Shown one piece after another: positions 7,857-18,026 of a DNA stretch of 64,000 nt. The stretch lies in contig JBGTDX010000143.1 of NCBI GenBank assembly GCA_041748075.1, positions 49,701 through 113,700 of the forward strand. The letters are read 5' to 3'. Under the pieces are notes generated by a model, which did no database searches, was not told the DNA's origin, and saw only the letters and a program-made list of their open reading frames with translations. Position 1 is the stretch's first letter. Each line of letters begins with the position of its first letter. The translations under genes were made by a program, and so were the position numbers. This DNA is from Thermoanaerobaculia bacterium (GTDB lineage: Bacteria; Acidobacteriota; Thermoanaerobaculia; Gp7-AA8).

Positions 7857-10484
7857 TTGGATTTCAATAAATTAACGATCAAGGCCCAGGAAGCGGTTTC
7901 CGGCGCCCAGACTCTGGCGCGGCGGTCCGGACACTCGGAGTTCACCCCGGAACACCTTCTGGTCACGCTGCTCCAGCAGGAAGGCGGGATCGTCGGTCCC
8001 ATCCTCAACAAGCTCGGCGTGGAGCCCGGGCAGATCGAGATGGAAGTCGCCACGGAGCTGTCCAGGCGATCGAAGGTGGGCGGCGACACAGCGGAGCCGG
8101 GCATGTCCGGGACGCTTCGCAAAGTGTTCGATGCCGCCTTTACAGAGGCTGAGGCATTCAAAGACGAATTCGTCTCGACAGAGCACCTCCTTCTGGGAAT
8201 CGCCGCTACGAAGCAGTCGAGCGCCGCCGAGATTCTCAGGCGATCCGGCGTGACGCGGGACAAGGTGCTCGAGGCTCTCAAATCGGTTCGGGGAACACAG
8301 CGCGTGACGGACCAGAATCCCGAGGACCGGTACCAGGCGCTCGAACGATATGGAAGGGATCTGACAGCGCTCGCGAGACGCGGGAAACTCGATCCGGTCA
8401 TCGGAAGAGACGAGGAAATCCGGCGCCTGATTCAGGTTCTTTCGCGCCGGACGAAGAACAATCCGGTTCTGATCGGTGAGCCGGGAGTCGGCAAAACGGC
8501 GATCGTCGAGGGCCTGGCGCGGCGCATCGTGGAAGGAGACATCCCTGAGGGGCTGAAGAACAAGCGCGTCACATCTCTGGATCTCGGAGCCCTGATCGCA
8601 GGAGCGAAATACCGCGGAGAATTCGAGGACCGGCTCAAGGCCGTCATCAAGGAAGTCGAGGAGTCCGATGGAAAGGTGATCCTCTTCATCGACGAGCTGC
8701 ACACGCTGATCGGCGCGGGTGCATCGGAAGGAGCGATGGACGCGTCGAACCTGCTGAAACCGGCGCTCGCGCGTGGGGAGCTCAGGGCCATCGGTGCCAC
8801 GACGCTCAATGAATTTCAGAAGCACATCGAGAAGGATGCAGCGCTCGAGCGGCGCTTTCAGCCCGTGTACGTCGGTGAACCGTCCGTCGAAGATACGATC
8901 GGAATTCTGCGCGGCCTGAAGGAGCGTTACGAAGTGCATCACGGCGTCAAAATTCAGGACTCGGCTGTCGTCGCGGCGGCAATGCTTTCGCACCGGTACA
9001 TCGCGGATCGGTTTCTTCCCGACAAAGCGATCGACCTGATCGACGAGGCGGCCTCGAAGCTCCGTATCGAGATCGACTCGATGCCGACCGAGATCGACGA
9101 GATCGAACGGCGCGTGATCCAGCTCCAGATCGAAAAGCAGGCGCTGTCGAAGGAGTCTGATCCGATGTCCAGGGAGCGGCTCGCCGCAATCGAGGCCCAG
9201 CTGGCAGAGCTGCAGGAGAAGTCCTCCGGCCTCAAGTCTCAATGGGAGAGCGAGAAGGGAGTCATCCAGACCATCCGTGAGCTCAAGGAACGGATCGAGA
9301 ACACTCGCGACGAGGCCCAGCGTGCCGAGCGCGAGGGAGATCTCAACCTCGCTGCGGAGCTCCGTTACGGAAAGATGCCTCAACTCAATCAGGAGCTCGA
9401 GCGAGTTTCCTCGCAACTGGCAGAAATGCAGAAGTACGGTGGACTGCTCAAGGAGGAGGTCACCGAAGAGGACATCGCGGAGATCGTCTCCAAGTGGACG
9501 GGGATTCCGGTCACCAGGATGCTCGAGTCCGAGATCGAGAAGCTCGTTAAGATGGAAGACCGGCTTCAGAAGAGAGTCATCGGCCAGGAGGAAGCCGTGC
9601 TCGCGGTTTCGAACGCCGTGCGGCGCTCACGCGCGGGACTCAAGGATCCCGACCGGCCGATCGGCTCATTCATTTTCATGGGGCCGACGGGTGTAGGCAA
9701 GACCGAGCTCGCCCGGTCGCTCGCCCATTTCCTCTTCGACGACGATCACGCGATGATCCGCATCGACATGTCGGAGTACATGGAAAAGCACGCCGTATCG
9801 CGACTCATCGGAGCGCCGCCGGGCTACATCGGCTACGACGAGGGCGGCCAGCTCACCGAGGCCGTTCGCCGCCGGCCGTACGCGGTCGTGCTCTTCGACG
9901 AGATCGAAAAAGCGCACCCCGAAGTGTTCAACATCATGCTGCAGATTCTCGACGAAGGTCACCTGACGGACTCGAAGGGACGACACGTCAACTTCAAGAA
10001 CACCGTGATCATCATGACCTCCAACGTCGGCTCGCACTACATCCACGAGTACCAGCAGTCGGACAAGAGCCCTGCGGGAGAAGAACAGATGCGCAAGCGC
10101 GTCGAAGCCGAGCTTCACAATCACTTCCGCCCCGAATTCCTCAATCGCATCGATGACATCGTGGTGTTCCATGCGCTCGAGCTCGAGCACATCGTGAAGA
10201 TCATCGACATTCAGCTCAGGAACCTGTCGGCAATCCTCGCTGAGCGTGGTCTCACTCTCGAGGTCAGTCAGCCGGCAAGGGAGCGACTGGCGAGAGAGGG
10301 TTACGACCCTGCCTTCGGTGCCCGTCCACTCAAGCGTGCGCTGCAGCGCCTGGTCATCGACCCGCTGGCGATCGAGCTCCTCGAAGGTAAATTCAAGCCG
10401 GGAGAGACCGTCTACGTGCATGCCGACCCGAGCACCTCGGGCGTCGTGCTGGCGAACTCACCCGAAGTCGGGACAGTCAATTGA
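7857..10484 (+). CDS. clpB: ATP-dependent chaperone ClpB
   Basis: Two AAA+ modules ([16 protein letters not shown]), a coiled-coil M domain and FGARPLKR. 875 aa, TTG start. Confidence 0.97.
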   Translation: MDFNKLTIKAQEAVSGAQTLARRSGHSEFTPEHLLVTLLQQEGGIVGPILNKLGVEPGQIEMEVATELSRRSKVGGDTAEPGMSGTLRKVFDAAFTEAEAFKDEFVSTEHLLLGIAATKQSSAAEILRRSGVTRDKVLEALKSVRGTQRVTDQNPEDRYQALERYGRDLTALARRGKLDPVIGRDEEIRRLIQVLSRRTKNNPVLIGEPGVGKTAIVEGLARRIVEGDIPEGLKNKRVTSLDLGALIAGAKYRGEFEDRLKAVIKEVEESDGKVILFIDELHTLIGAGASEGAMDASNLLKPALARGELRAIGATTLNEFQKHIEKDAALERRFQPVYVGEPSVEDTIGILRGLKERYEVHHGVKIQDSAVVAAAMLSHRYIADRFLPDKAIDLIDEAASKLRIEIDSMPTEIDEIERRVIQLQIEKQALSKESDPMSRERLAAIEAQLAELQEKSSGLKSQWESEKGVIQTIRELKERIENTRDEAQRAEREGDLNLAAELRYGKMPQLNQELERVSSQLAEMQKYGGLLKEEVTEEDIAEIVSKWTGIPVTRMLESEIEKLVKMEDRLQKRVIGQEEAVLAVSNAVRRSRAGLKDPDRPIGSFIFMGPTGVGKTELARSLAHFLFDDDHAMIRIDMSEYMEKHAVSRLIGAPPGYIGYDEGGQLTEAVRRRPYAVVLFDEIEKAHPEVFNIMLQILDEGHLTDSKGRHVNFKNTVIIMTSNVGSHYIHEYQQSDKSPAGEEQMRKRVEAELHNHFRPEFLNRIDDIVVFHALELEHIVKIIDIQLRNLSAILAERGLTLEVSQPARERLAREGYDPAFGARPLKRALQRLVIDPLAIELLEGKFKPGETVYVHADPSTSGVVLANSPEVGTVN

Positions 10485-10510
10485 ATGACGAATGACGACT
10501 GCGGGGGTGA

Positions 10511-10891
10511 TTACTTCTTCCCTATCATCCTGTCGTCTGACATCCCGTGTGTCGCAGACCAGGTCAGCAGCGCTGTTTCCTGCTCGGGCCAGCTTTTTCC
10601 CTCGAGCCGCGGAAGCGGGATGAACGTCGTGTCGCCCCTGCTGAGCGACGAGTAAATCGCCAGAATCAAATGCGCGAGAACCAGCGGCGCCTTCGAGGCA
10701 TCACTGTTGATGTCGTGCGCGCTGCCAGACAGAAGCGATATCTGCTCCTCGAAGCCGCTCTTCGCGAGATGGAAGGCCTCGGATGGGCTGTGCTCGAGCT
10801 TGCTGTAATAGCGGATCAACTCCCGGTCGAACAGACCACTCTCCTCGAGAGCAGTCCAGACTCGCCCCAGCTCCCATCGTTCGTCAGGCAT
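10511..10891 (-). CDS. Hypothetical protein (126 aa)
   Basis: Strong GGAGGTG RBS. Fills the gap between clpB and the repeats. No recognisable motif. Confidence 0.6.
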   Translation of the reverse strand: MPDERWELGRVWTALEESGLFDRELIRYYSKLEHSPSEAFHLAKSGFEEQISLLSGSAHDINSDASKAPLVLAHLILAIYSSLSRGDTTFIPLPRLEGKSWPEQETALLTWSATHGMSDDRMIGKK

Positions 10892-10958
10892 CGTTGCACC
10901 TCCGCTCTTTCAGCACTTCGTCAGCCCAAAGGCATCAGCTGAGGCGGCGGCCGAACAT

Positions 10959-11045
10959 GTGTCATCCTGAGCGCGGTGAAGGATCCCTCGAAGGCATGCG
11001 GTGTCGCCGAAATCAGGAGATCCTTCGCTTCGCTCAGGATGACAC
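10959..11045. repeat. REP-like palindrome, GTCATCCTGAGC family
   Basis: Perfect 15-bp outer arms GTGTCATCCTGAGCG/CGCTCAGGATGACAC plus inner GAAGGATC/GATCCTTC. Fragments occur at ~17910, 19867, 36916 and 58420-58445. Confidence 0.85.
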
Positions 11046-11068
11046 GCCGGCTCGCTCCACCTCAGGAT

Positions 11069-11202
11069 GTCATTCGTCATTCGTCCACTCGTCATTCGTC
11101 CACTCGTCATTCGTCCACTCGTCATTCGTCCACTCGTCATTCGTCCACTCGTCACTCGTCATTCGTCACTCGTCATTCGTCACTCGTCATTCGTCATTCG
11201 TC
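11069..11202. repeat. GTCA(T/C)TC heptamer tandem array with a higher-order 15-bp unit
   Basis: About 18 units. (GTCATTC GTCCACTC)x5 spans 11076-11150. Overlaps the last codons and stop of the peptidase gene. Confidence 0.95.
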
Positions 11203-12888
11203 CGGTGTTTCCCCCGCGCCCGCAAACACCGGCTCGATGTCCACCGGAATGTCTTCGAGCCGCGCGATGACTTCCTTGATCTCGGGGCTCGCGATTCCGT
11301 ACTTGTTTACGAGCCGCTCGGCCCTGGCAAAATCGCCCGTCGCTTCGATCAACAGAAGCTCGTTCGCGAGCGAGCGGGTGGCTTCCTCCATCCTCGCGAA
11401 GTCGACGCGGAACCGCCCATCTCCGGCCGGAACGATTCCGCCTTTCTCCCGGAACCAATTCCATTGAATCGCATTGCCTCTACCGTGGGCCGAGTCGATT
11501 CCGAATCGAAGGCTGCGGAACATCACGCCGGCGTTCGTGGCGAACATGGTCTCCCGGTCGAAGGCGGTTACGAGACCCTCGTCCATCGCGTACATGAGAT
11601 TCCACAGACTCAGCACATCCGCCTTGGCTTCCTCGATTGTCGAATAGAGGTTCTGCAGAAGCAGCCGTGTCTCGACCCGCTTGCCGTCCGGTGCTGTAAT
11701 CAGGCCGGGTCCCACGCCGTGCGACAACTCGTGAAAGAGGACGTGGTTGAAAAACGCATCAAACGTAACGAGGTCGATCTGGGAACTGTCGAGGACTCTC
11801 GCGGCGATCGGCTGTCCGCTTTGCCGGAACTTCGCCTCCATCACGTTCTTGAGCAGAACCATCTTCGATCCCTTGGCCTCCCGGACTTTCTCGTCGTTCG
11901 GCAGGTTGAAGGCCGCGGTCTGCACGCCGCGCCGGGCGTCGCCTGCCGTGAAAACCTCCTGCACGACGCGAATCGGTGAATCCGTGCCTCTGTTGGGGTT
12001 CTTGTGCTCGTCCGGAATCGGCAGATTGCGCTCCATGGCAGGCATATGGCTCGAATAAAGGGCAAGCTTCTCGGTTTCCGGCTTGTCGACGACGGTAATG
12101 AACGATTCGAACGATGCCTTGTAGTTGAACAGGTTGTCCTCGTACACCTCGTAGGGTCCGATGATGACCTCGAGGTCGGAATCGAGATCCATCCAGGCGA
12201 GGTCGCTCTCGAAGTAGTCGTTCGAGGAGAACGATGCGACCAGCTTCGTCAGGTAGTTGCGAAGCGACGCATTGCCCGTGAGCGCCGCCGCCTCAGTGAG
12301 AAGCCTTCCTGCAGGATCGAGGTGCTCTTTGTAATACGTGGAGTACGGGATGGCGACCAGCCGGTCTCCCTCCCTCCGGATCACGGTGAACAGGCCCTGA
12401 AAGCTTTCCTTGTCTCCGGGATTCGCAGCGATCCACGCCTCGAGCTCTTCTTTGGTCAGGTCTTCGGGATAGAAGCCTGCACCGGCGGGTTTGGGGCCGA
12501 CCGAAAGGAACGGTTCGTTCTCCTTCAAACGGTCCCAGGGGCCTTTCATGTTCTCGAAATAGGCGAGCGCCGGAGAGCTTCCGGCGGCCCGAAGCTGCTC
12601 ATGCCATGCGGGATTTCTCTCGGACACCTGACGGTAGAAGATCGCATCCATGTAGCGCGAGGCTTCGATCAGTTTCGCGAGAACCTGCTGTTCCCGGGAG
12701 TCGAGCAGGTTGCGGTCGTAGTCGATGACCGTTCGCGGGAGCTGGCTTCTCCGCTGCTCGATATCGGGGACCACTTCCAGCGCACCTTGCGTCTCCTGTG
12801 TGGCGGTCGTCGCTTCCTGTTGCTCACCGGCCCTGCATCCCAGGATGGACATCAGAAGAATGATCGTGATCGCCAGACGTACTTTCAA
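11194..12888 (-). CDS. Peptidase M49 (dipeptidyl-peptidase III-like) lipoprotein
   Basis: Lipobox ILGC, IGPYEVYED, AFNLPND, HELSHG and EEAKAD. TTG start after GGAGG. Confidence 0.85.
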   Translation of the reverse strand: MKVRLAITIILLMSILGCRAGEQQEATTATQETQGALEVVPDIEQRRSQLPRTVIDYDRNLLDSREQQVLAKLIEASRYMDAIFYRQVSERNPAWHEQLRAAGSSPALAYFENMKGPWDRLKENEPFLSVGPKPAGAGFYPEDLTKEELEAWIAANPGDKESFQGLFTVIRREGDRLVAIPYSTYYKEHLDPAGRLLTEAAALTGNASLRNYLTKLVASFSSNDYFESDLAWMDLDSDLEVIIGPYEVYEDNLFNYKASFESFITVVDKPETEKLALYSSHMPAMERNLPIPDEHKNPNRGTDSPIRVVQEVFTAGDARRGVQTAAFNLPNDEKVREAKGSKMVLLKNVMEAKFRQSGQPIAARVLDSSQIDLVTFDAFFNHVLFHELSHGVGPGLITAPDGKRVETRLLLQNLYSTIEEAKADVLSLWNLMYAMDEGLVTAFDRETMFATNAGVMFRSLRFGIDSAHGRGNAIQWNWFREKGGIVPAGDGRFRVDFARMEEATRSLANELLLIEATGDFARAERLVNKYGIASPEIKEVIARLEDIPVDIEPVFAGAGETPDE

Positions 12889-13051
12889 AATTCCTCCTTC
12901 GGCTACCGGAATCCGGCAGGTGTCGCGCGCAGGGCACATTCTCTCTCCATTCGCGCCGGCCGGCGGTGAATATCGTGAACGCCATCCTTCATTCTCCATC
13001 TGGCAAGTTGCGTTCCCCTCTGCTATCGTCACGACCAGGGAGTGTGCTGAC

Positions 13052-13660
13052 TTGATCGTTCAATGTCCCGAGTGCCAGTCGCGCTACAGCTACGACGATG
13101 AGCGGTTCGAGCGGAAGCCCTCGCGCAAGCTCCGCTGCTTTCAGTGCAGGGAGGTCTTCGAGGTCGTCAATCCTGCATACGCGGCCGCGCGGCCGATGAC
13201 GGACGCGGACGAAACCGGCGCGCACAAGCGGCTCGAAGTGCTGGAACGGGATCCGATCGACGAGGAGGCTGTCGAGAGGCCTAAGCGTCCCAGGAAACGG
13301 AAGAGGACGGAGGAGCGGGCGGGACCGATTCAGCCTGAGGGAGACCCGAAGATGCCCGATGGGCTGCGCTTCTCGCTGGCCGTGATCAGCGGTCCGGACT
13401 CCGGCAAGGTCTACAGGATCGACAAACCCAGGATCGTGATCGGGCGTTCCCATGGCGATCTATCCCTCACTGACTCGGAAACGTCGAGGTCGCATGCCGC
13501 CATCATCGTTTACGAGAACACGATCCTGCTCGACGATCTCGAGTCGACCAACGGAACGTTCCACAAGGGCAAACCTCTGACCGAGCCCATCCCGCTTCAC
13601 AATCACTCAGAGTTTCAGGTGGGAAACACTACACTGATGCTGATCGTCACACGCGAATAG
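13052..13660 (+). CDS. MJ0042-type zinc-ribbon + FHA domain protein
   Basis: IVQCPECQSRY..LRCFQCREVF, and FHA motifs IGR, SRSHA, STNGT. TTG start. Confidence 0.85.
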   Translation: MIVQCPECQSRYSYDDERFERKPSRKLRCFQCREVFEVVNPAYAAARPMTDADETGAHKRLEVLERDPIDEEAVERPKRPRKRKRTEERAGPIQPEGDPKMPDGLRFSLAVISGPDSGKVYRIDKPRIVIGRSHGDLSLTDSETSRSHAAIIVYENTILLDDLESTNGTFHKGKPLTEPIPLHNHSEFQVGNTTLMLIVTRE

Positions 13661-13699
13661 CCGCGAGAGGCGAGGAGCCCGAGGCAGCGTTTCTACCCG

Positions 13700-14551
13700 A
13701 TGACCATTCGAGAAGCGGACCGAAGCAGAACCCCACCATCCACTGCGAGGCTTTCTTTCGCCTCGGAGATCGCCACGCTATTCCGCTACCGGCAACTGAT
13801 CCTGACACTGACGGTGCGCGATCTCAAAGCGCGCTATCGAGGCTCGGTTCTGGGCTTTTTCTGGTCTCTGGCGAATCCACTGATGCTGCTGGGTGTGTAT
13901 ACGCTGGTCTTCACCCGATTTTTTCCCCGTCCCGACATCAACCCGTATTCGCTCTTTCTATTCGCAGGAATCCTTCCCTGGACGTTTTTCGCGGGCTCGA
14001 TCATGGAGACGACGACATCGATCTCGAGCAATGCGGGTCTCGTCAAGAAAGTGATGTTTCCGGCCGAGGCTCTGCCGCTGGTCGTTGTGTTCTCGCACCT
14101 GACGCATTTCGCGCTCGCCCTGCCGATTCTGCTGGCCGCCGCTCTGCTGTCGGCGCTCCTGGGCAAATCGCATCTGGGACTCGCGATCTTCGCAGTTCCG
14201 CTCATCATGATTCTACAGACGCTGTTCATCGCCGGACTGGCGCTGGCCATCTCTTCGGCCTCGGTGCTGTTCCGTGATCTCCGCGACCTGGTCGCCAATC
14301 TCATGCAGCTGGGATTCTTTCTCACGCCGATCATCTACTCGGTAGAGGCCATCCCATCCCGAGGGATCCGGGCTGTGCTGATGCTCAACCCGATGACCTC
14401 GTTCGTGGTTGCATACCAGAAGATCTTTTTTTACGGGCAATTACCCGGAGTTCCGGAGTCGCTGCTGATGGTGTTCTACACTGCAGTTTCTCTGGCTGCC
14501 GGCTTCATCGTGTTCGATCGTCTGCGCGACACGCTTGCGGAGGCCATCTGA
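13700..14551 (+). CDS. wzm: Polysaccharide export ABC transporter permease (Wzm)
   Basis: RDLKARYRGSVLGFFWSLANP, FFLTPIIY and NPMT; six TM segments. Confidence 0.9.
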   Translation: MTIREADRSRTPPSTARLSFASEIATLFRYRQLILTLTVRDLKARYRGSVLGFFWSLANPLMLLGVYTLVFTRFFPRPDINPYSLFLFAGILPWTFFAGSIMETTTSISSNAGLVKKVMFPAEALPLVVVFSHLTHFALALPILLAAALLSALLGKSHLGLAIFAVPLIMILQTLFIAGLALAISSASVLFRDLRDLVANLMQLGFFLTPIIYSVEAIPSRGIRAVLMLNPMTSFVVAYQKIFFYGQLPGVPESLLMVFYTAVSLAAGFIVFDRLRDTLAEAI

Positions 14552-15933
14552 CAGCCGCACTCTCTCTCCGTGATGTCTCCAAGAGCTACAGGCTCTTCGG
14601 CAGGCGATCGCAATTTCAGACGCTCAAGAGTGCGCTCCTGAGGCGCGATTTCAAAGCTTCGGGTGAATCGTCCGTTCTCGCGCTGCACGACATCACCTTC
14701 GAGGTCGACAAGGGCGAGTCGTTCGGGATCATCGGACGCAACGGGTCGGGCAAATCGACGCTGCTCAAGCTCATCTCGGGAATCCTCAAGCCAACGACAG
14801 GATCCCTCGCCGTGGACGGGCGAATCTCCGCGCTGATCGAGTTGGGTGCCGGCTTCCATCCCGAGATTACCGGAAGAGAGAACATCTACATAAACGGCAT
14901 CATGCTCGGGTTGACGCGTCGCGAGATCGACCGGAAGTTTCCGCATATCGTCGAGTTCGCCGGTATCGGCGAGTATCTCGATGAACCGGTCAAGACCTAC
15001 TCGTCAGGCATGTACGTCCGTCTCGGTTTCGCCGTCGCCGTTCATGTGGACCCGGACATCCTCCTCATTGACGAGGTGCTCGCAGTGGGTGACGAGGAGT
15101 TTTCACAGAAGTGTATCGCGAAGATTCAGGAGATGAAGTACCGGGGCGTGACAATGTTGTTCGTCACGCATCAGCTGGATCTTGTCCGCAACCTCTGCGA
15201 TCGAACGCTCTGGCTGGACGACGGAACAATCGCCGGAATGGGCGATCCGATTCGAGTGGTCGACGCCTATCTCCAGCGCATCTCCGGCACCGAGCTGGCG
15301 CCAGTCGCGGAAGATGACGAAACAGCGGAAGCGGAGAACGGAGAAGGGACGGACAGCGAGGATCTCGAGAGGGAAGAACGCTGGGGCTCGGGTGAGATTC
15401 TGATTCCGAGAGTCTCACTGACGGATCGCGACGGCAATGATCTGGTCGCCGTCGGCACCGGCACTCCGGTGACTGTGGAGCTCGAGGTGCGGGTCCGCGA
15501 ACCGCAGACCGATTTCGTGTTCGGGATCGGTATCTACCACGCCGATGGGACCTGCGTTTACGGCACCAATACGGAGCTGGAAGGGTGGCTGCCGGACCGC
15601 ATCGAGTCGAACGGAATCGTCAAGTTCGTCATCAGCGCACTCGATCTCGTGGCGGGCTCGTACAGGCTCGACACCGCAGTTCATTCACGCAACGGGCGCG
15701 CATTCGATTACCGGCGAGGTGTGGTCCGATTCGTCGTCGGATCCCGCATTCACGACGTCGGCGTGTACAGACCGAAGCACGAATGGAGGTTCGAGGGAGG
15801 CATCTCGTTCAAGTCCGTCGACGTGCTGACGCGGAATGTTCCGGCTCCCATGGCGGAGTACATCAAGGACAACGAGGAGCCGGCGCCGGCTTACAGGAAG
15901 CGACGGCCGAAACGCCGGAAAAGCGACACATGA
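14548..15933 (+). CDS. wzt: Polysaccharide export ABC transporter ATPase (Wzt) with C-terminal binding domain
   Basis: Walker A GRNGSGKST lies upstream of the ORF-track start (14812). YSSGM, DEVLAVGD and RWGSGE present. Start inferred at CTG 14548. Confidence 0.85.
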   Translation: MTAALSLRDVSKSYRLFGRRSQFQTLKSALLRRDFKASGESSVLALHDITFEVDKGESFGIIGRNGSGKSTLLKLISGILKPTTGSLAVDGRISALIELGAGFHPEITGRENIYINGIMLGLTRREIDRKFPHIVEFAGIGEYLDEPVKTYSSGMYVRLGFAVAVHVDPDILLIDEVLAVGDEEFSQKCIAKIQEMKYRGVTMLFVTHQLDLVRNLCDRTLWLDDGTIAGMGDPIRVVDAYLQRISGTELAPVAEDDETAEAENGEGTDSEDLEREERWGSGEILIPRVSLTDRDGNDLVAVGTGTPVTVELEVRVREPQTDFVFGIGIYHADGTCVYGTNTELEGWLPDRIESNGIVKFVISALDLVAGSYRLDTAVHSRNGRAFDYRRGVVRFVVGSRIHDVGVYRPKHEWRFEGGISFKSVDVLTRNVPAPMAEYIKDNEEPAPAYRKRRPKRRKSDT

Positions 15934-15944
15934 CGGCAGACTTT

Positions 15945-16301
15945 TCAGCGGGGGGGCGGTAATTTTCCGGCTGTCGCTTCTTCCGGTGGCAGCATGTAGA
16001 TGATCTCGCCCTCCCTGGACATACCAAGATCCTCACGGGCGATTCGTTCCACGACGAAGGTGGAGCTCTTGAGGCTTTCGATCTCGCGCTCCAGGCGCTC
16101 GTTCTCCTTTCGAAGAATCTCGATGTCCGTTTCGAGCTTCTGTACGGTTGCGCGGGAACGCTGCAACTCGGAAATTCCCTGCTCACTGAAGACGAACGAG
16201 ATCAGAAAAATTACCGTCAGAATGCTCGACAGGAGCACGACGACCTTGAGCGTGACTTTGGTCGAACGCCGGGGCTCGCGAGCAGAAACTGCAGAATTCA
16301 A
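15945..16301 (-). CDS. ftsB: FtsB/DivIC septum formation initiator
   Basis: TM helix, coiled coil, and ERIAREDLGMSREGE. Start uncertain (TTG 16301 or GTG 16310). Confidence 0.8.
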   Translation of the reverse strand: MNSAVSAREPRRSTKVTLKVVVLLSSILTVIFLISFVFSEQGISELQRSRATVQKLETDIEILRKENERLEREIESLKSSTFVVERIAREDLGMSREGEIIYMLPPEEATAGKLPPPR

Positions 16302-16424
16302 GATGAACACAGTGTCCGGAGATCCGTCGAGAGTGTCAAGCCGCCATTCGACCGGTTTGGGTTGTGAGTTGTGGGGGTTGCGTCTCCAGCCGCGAGTCGC
16401 GGGTTGCAACGCTCCTGACCCCTG

Positions 16425-16453
16425 CCCTCCTTCCGCTGCGGCGGGAGGGAGGG
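16425..16453. repeat. CCCTCC..GGGAGGG hairpin (REP-like)
   Basis: CCCTCCTTCCGC-TGCG-GCGGGAGGGAGGG, in the divergent ftsB/allB gap. Confidence 0.45.
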
Positions 16454-16493
16454 TTCTCACAGTGCGCGCCGGGAGTCCGGGTATGATCCGCGC

Positions 16494-17846
16494 ATGTCTG
16501 ACGATCTCGTTATCCGGAGCCGGCGCGTCGTCACGACTGCGGGCGTCGCGCCCGCTTCAATTCATATCAGGGATGGCCTGATCGACAGCATCTCCTCATT
16601 CGACGACCTCGGCGATACGACGCGAATCGTCGATTGCGGCGAACACGTCGTCATGCCCGGACTCGTCGATTCGCACGTTCACGTCAATGAGCCGGGGCGG
16701 ACGGAGTGGGAGGGCTTCGAGACCGCCACCCGCGCCGCGGCTGCCGGGGGCGTCACGACGATCGTTGACATGCCGCTCAACAGCATCCCGCCCACGACGA
16801 CCGTGCGCCACCTCGAAGAGAAAATTGCCGCCCTCAAAGGCAAGTGTCACGTCGATGTCGGTCTCTGGGGCGGCGCCGTCCCGGGCAACGCCGGCGAGCT
16901 TCGACCGATGCTCGTCGCAGGGGTGCTCGGATTCAAAGCTTTTCTCATCGACTCGGGGGTCGAGGAGTTTCCACACGTAAATGCCCCGGAGCTCCAATCG
17001 GCCATGACAACCCTGCGAGGTACCGATGCGCCGCTCCTGGTGCATGCCGAACTGGCTGGACCGATCGAGGCGGCGCGTACTTCCGGGCCTTCCGGTTCAT
17101 ACCTTCAGTACCTTCACTCACGTCCACCCGCCGCGGAGGTGGAGGCAATCGAGCTCGTCGCGCGGCTCTGCAAAGCGACCGGTGCGCGCGCACACATCGT
17201 CCACCTCTCAGCCTACGAGGGTCTGGACATCATCCGCCGCGCGCGGGACGCCGGGATTCGTCTGTCCGCGGAAACAACGCCGCACTACCTGCATCTCGAG
17301 GCGAGCACGATTCCGGACGGAGCGACCGAGTTCAAGTGCGCACCCCCGATCCGGGACGAGGCGAATCGACAGAAATTATGGGATGGCCTGTCAGAGGGCG
17401 TCATCGAGATGGTCGTCAGCGATCACTCACCCTGTACCCCGGAGCTCAAGCAGCGCGAACGTGGAGACTTTGCAGCCGCGTGGGGAGGCATCGCTTCGGT
17501 GCAGTTCCTCCTTCCGGTGGTGTGGAGCGAGGCGAACGAGCGCGGCCACGACCTGAGGAGTCTGAGCCGCTGGCTGTCGGAGGGACCGGCGAGGCTGTCG
17601 GGACTCGATGACCGGAAGGGGAAGCTCGCGCCCGGCTACGATGCGGATCTGGTGGTCTGGAGCCCGGAAGAATCGTTCGCCGTCCGTGCCGACAGCATTC
17701 ACCACCGCCACAAACTCACCCCGTACCTGCACGAACAACTCTACGGAGTTGTGAAACAGACATGGCTCCGGGGAATGCGGGTGTATGCAGACGGTCAGTT
17801 CGCTACGGCGGCAGGACGCTGGATCAAAGGGCGTCGCGCGATGTGA
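16494..17846 (+). CDS. allB: Allantoinase
   Basis: DSHVHVNEPGRTEWEGF, DMPLNSIP, FKCAPPIR, SDHSP and AWGGI. Purine cluster context. Confidence 0.93.
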   Translation: MSDDLVIRSRRVVTTAGVAPASIHIRDGLIDSISSFDDLGDTTRIVDCGEHVVMPGLVDSHVHVNEPGRTEWEGFETATRAAAAGGVTTIVDMPLNSIPPTTTVRHLEEKIAALKGKCHVDVGLWGGAVPGNAGELRPMLVAGVLGFKAFLIDSGVEEFPHVNAPELQSAMTTLRGTDAPLLVHAELAGPIEAARTSGPSGSYLQYLHSRPPAAEVEAIELVARLCKATGARAHIVHLSAYEGLDIIRRARDAGIRLSAETTPHYLHLEASTIPDGATEFKCAPPIRDEANRQKLWDGLSEGVIEMVVSDHSPCTPELKQRERGDFAAAWGGIASVQFLLPVVWSEANERGHDLRSLSRWLSEGPARLSGLDDRKGKLAPGYDADLVVWSPEESFAVRADSIHHRHKLTPYLHEQLYGVVKQTWLRGMRVYADGQFATAAGRWIKGRRAM

Positions 17847-18026
17847 CCGCCACGAACCTGACCAGCGCCGCATCGTGAGAGAAGCGAGACTGTAAGAAAA
17901 GTCAGCGCGTGTGTCATCCGAGCGAAGTTCAGGATGACATCGCGCTCCGATGCTCCCGCAATACTCGCCTCGGAACGATCACATCACAACTCGCAACTCA
18001 CAACCTGTCTGCTACTCTTGCCGTGC

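Noticed and set aside
7872-9416. 514-aa antisense ORF over clpB
   Set aside because: Mirror frame of a GC3-biased gene; no motifs.
11069-11202. Possible CRISPR array (also 37072 and 62132)
   Set aside because: Contiguous 7-15 bp units with no unique spacers and no cas genes.
10783-11979. ORFs with HSSFV/SSTRH/MTSGR peptide repeats
   Set aside because: These are translations of the non-coding heptamer array plus antisense of the peptidase.
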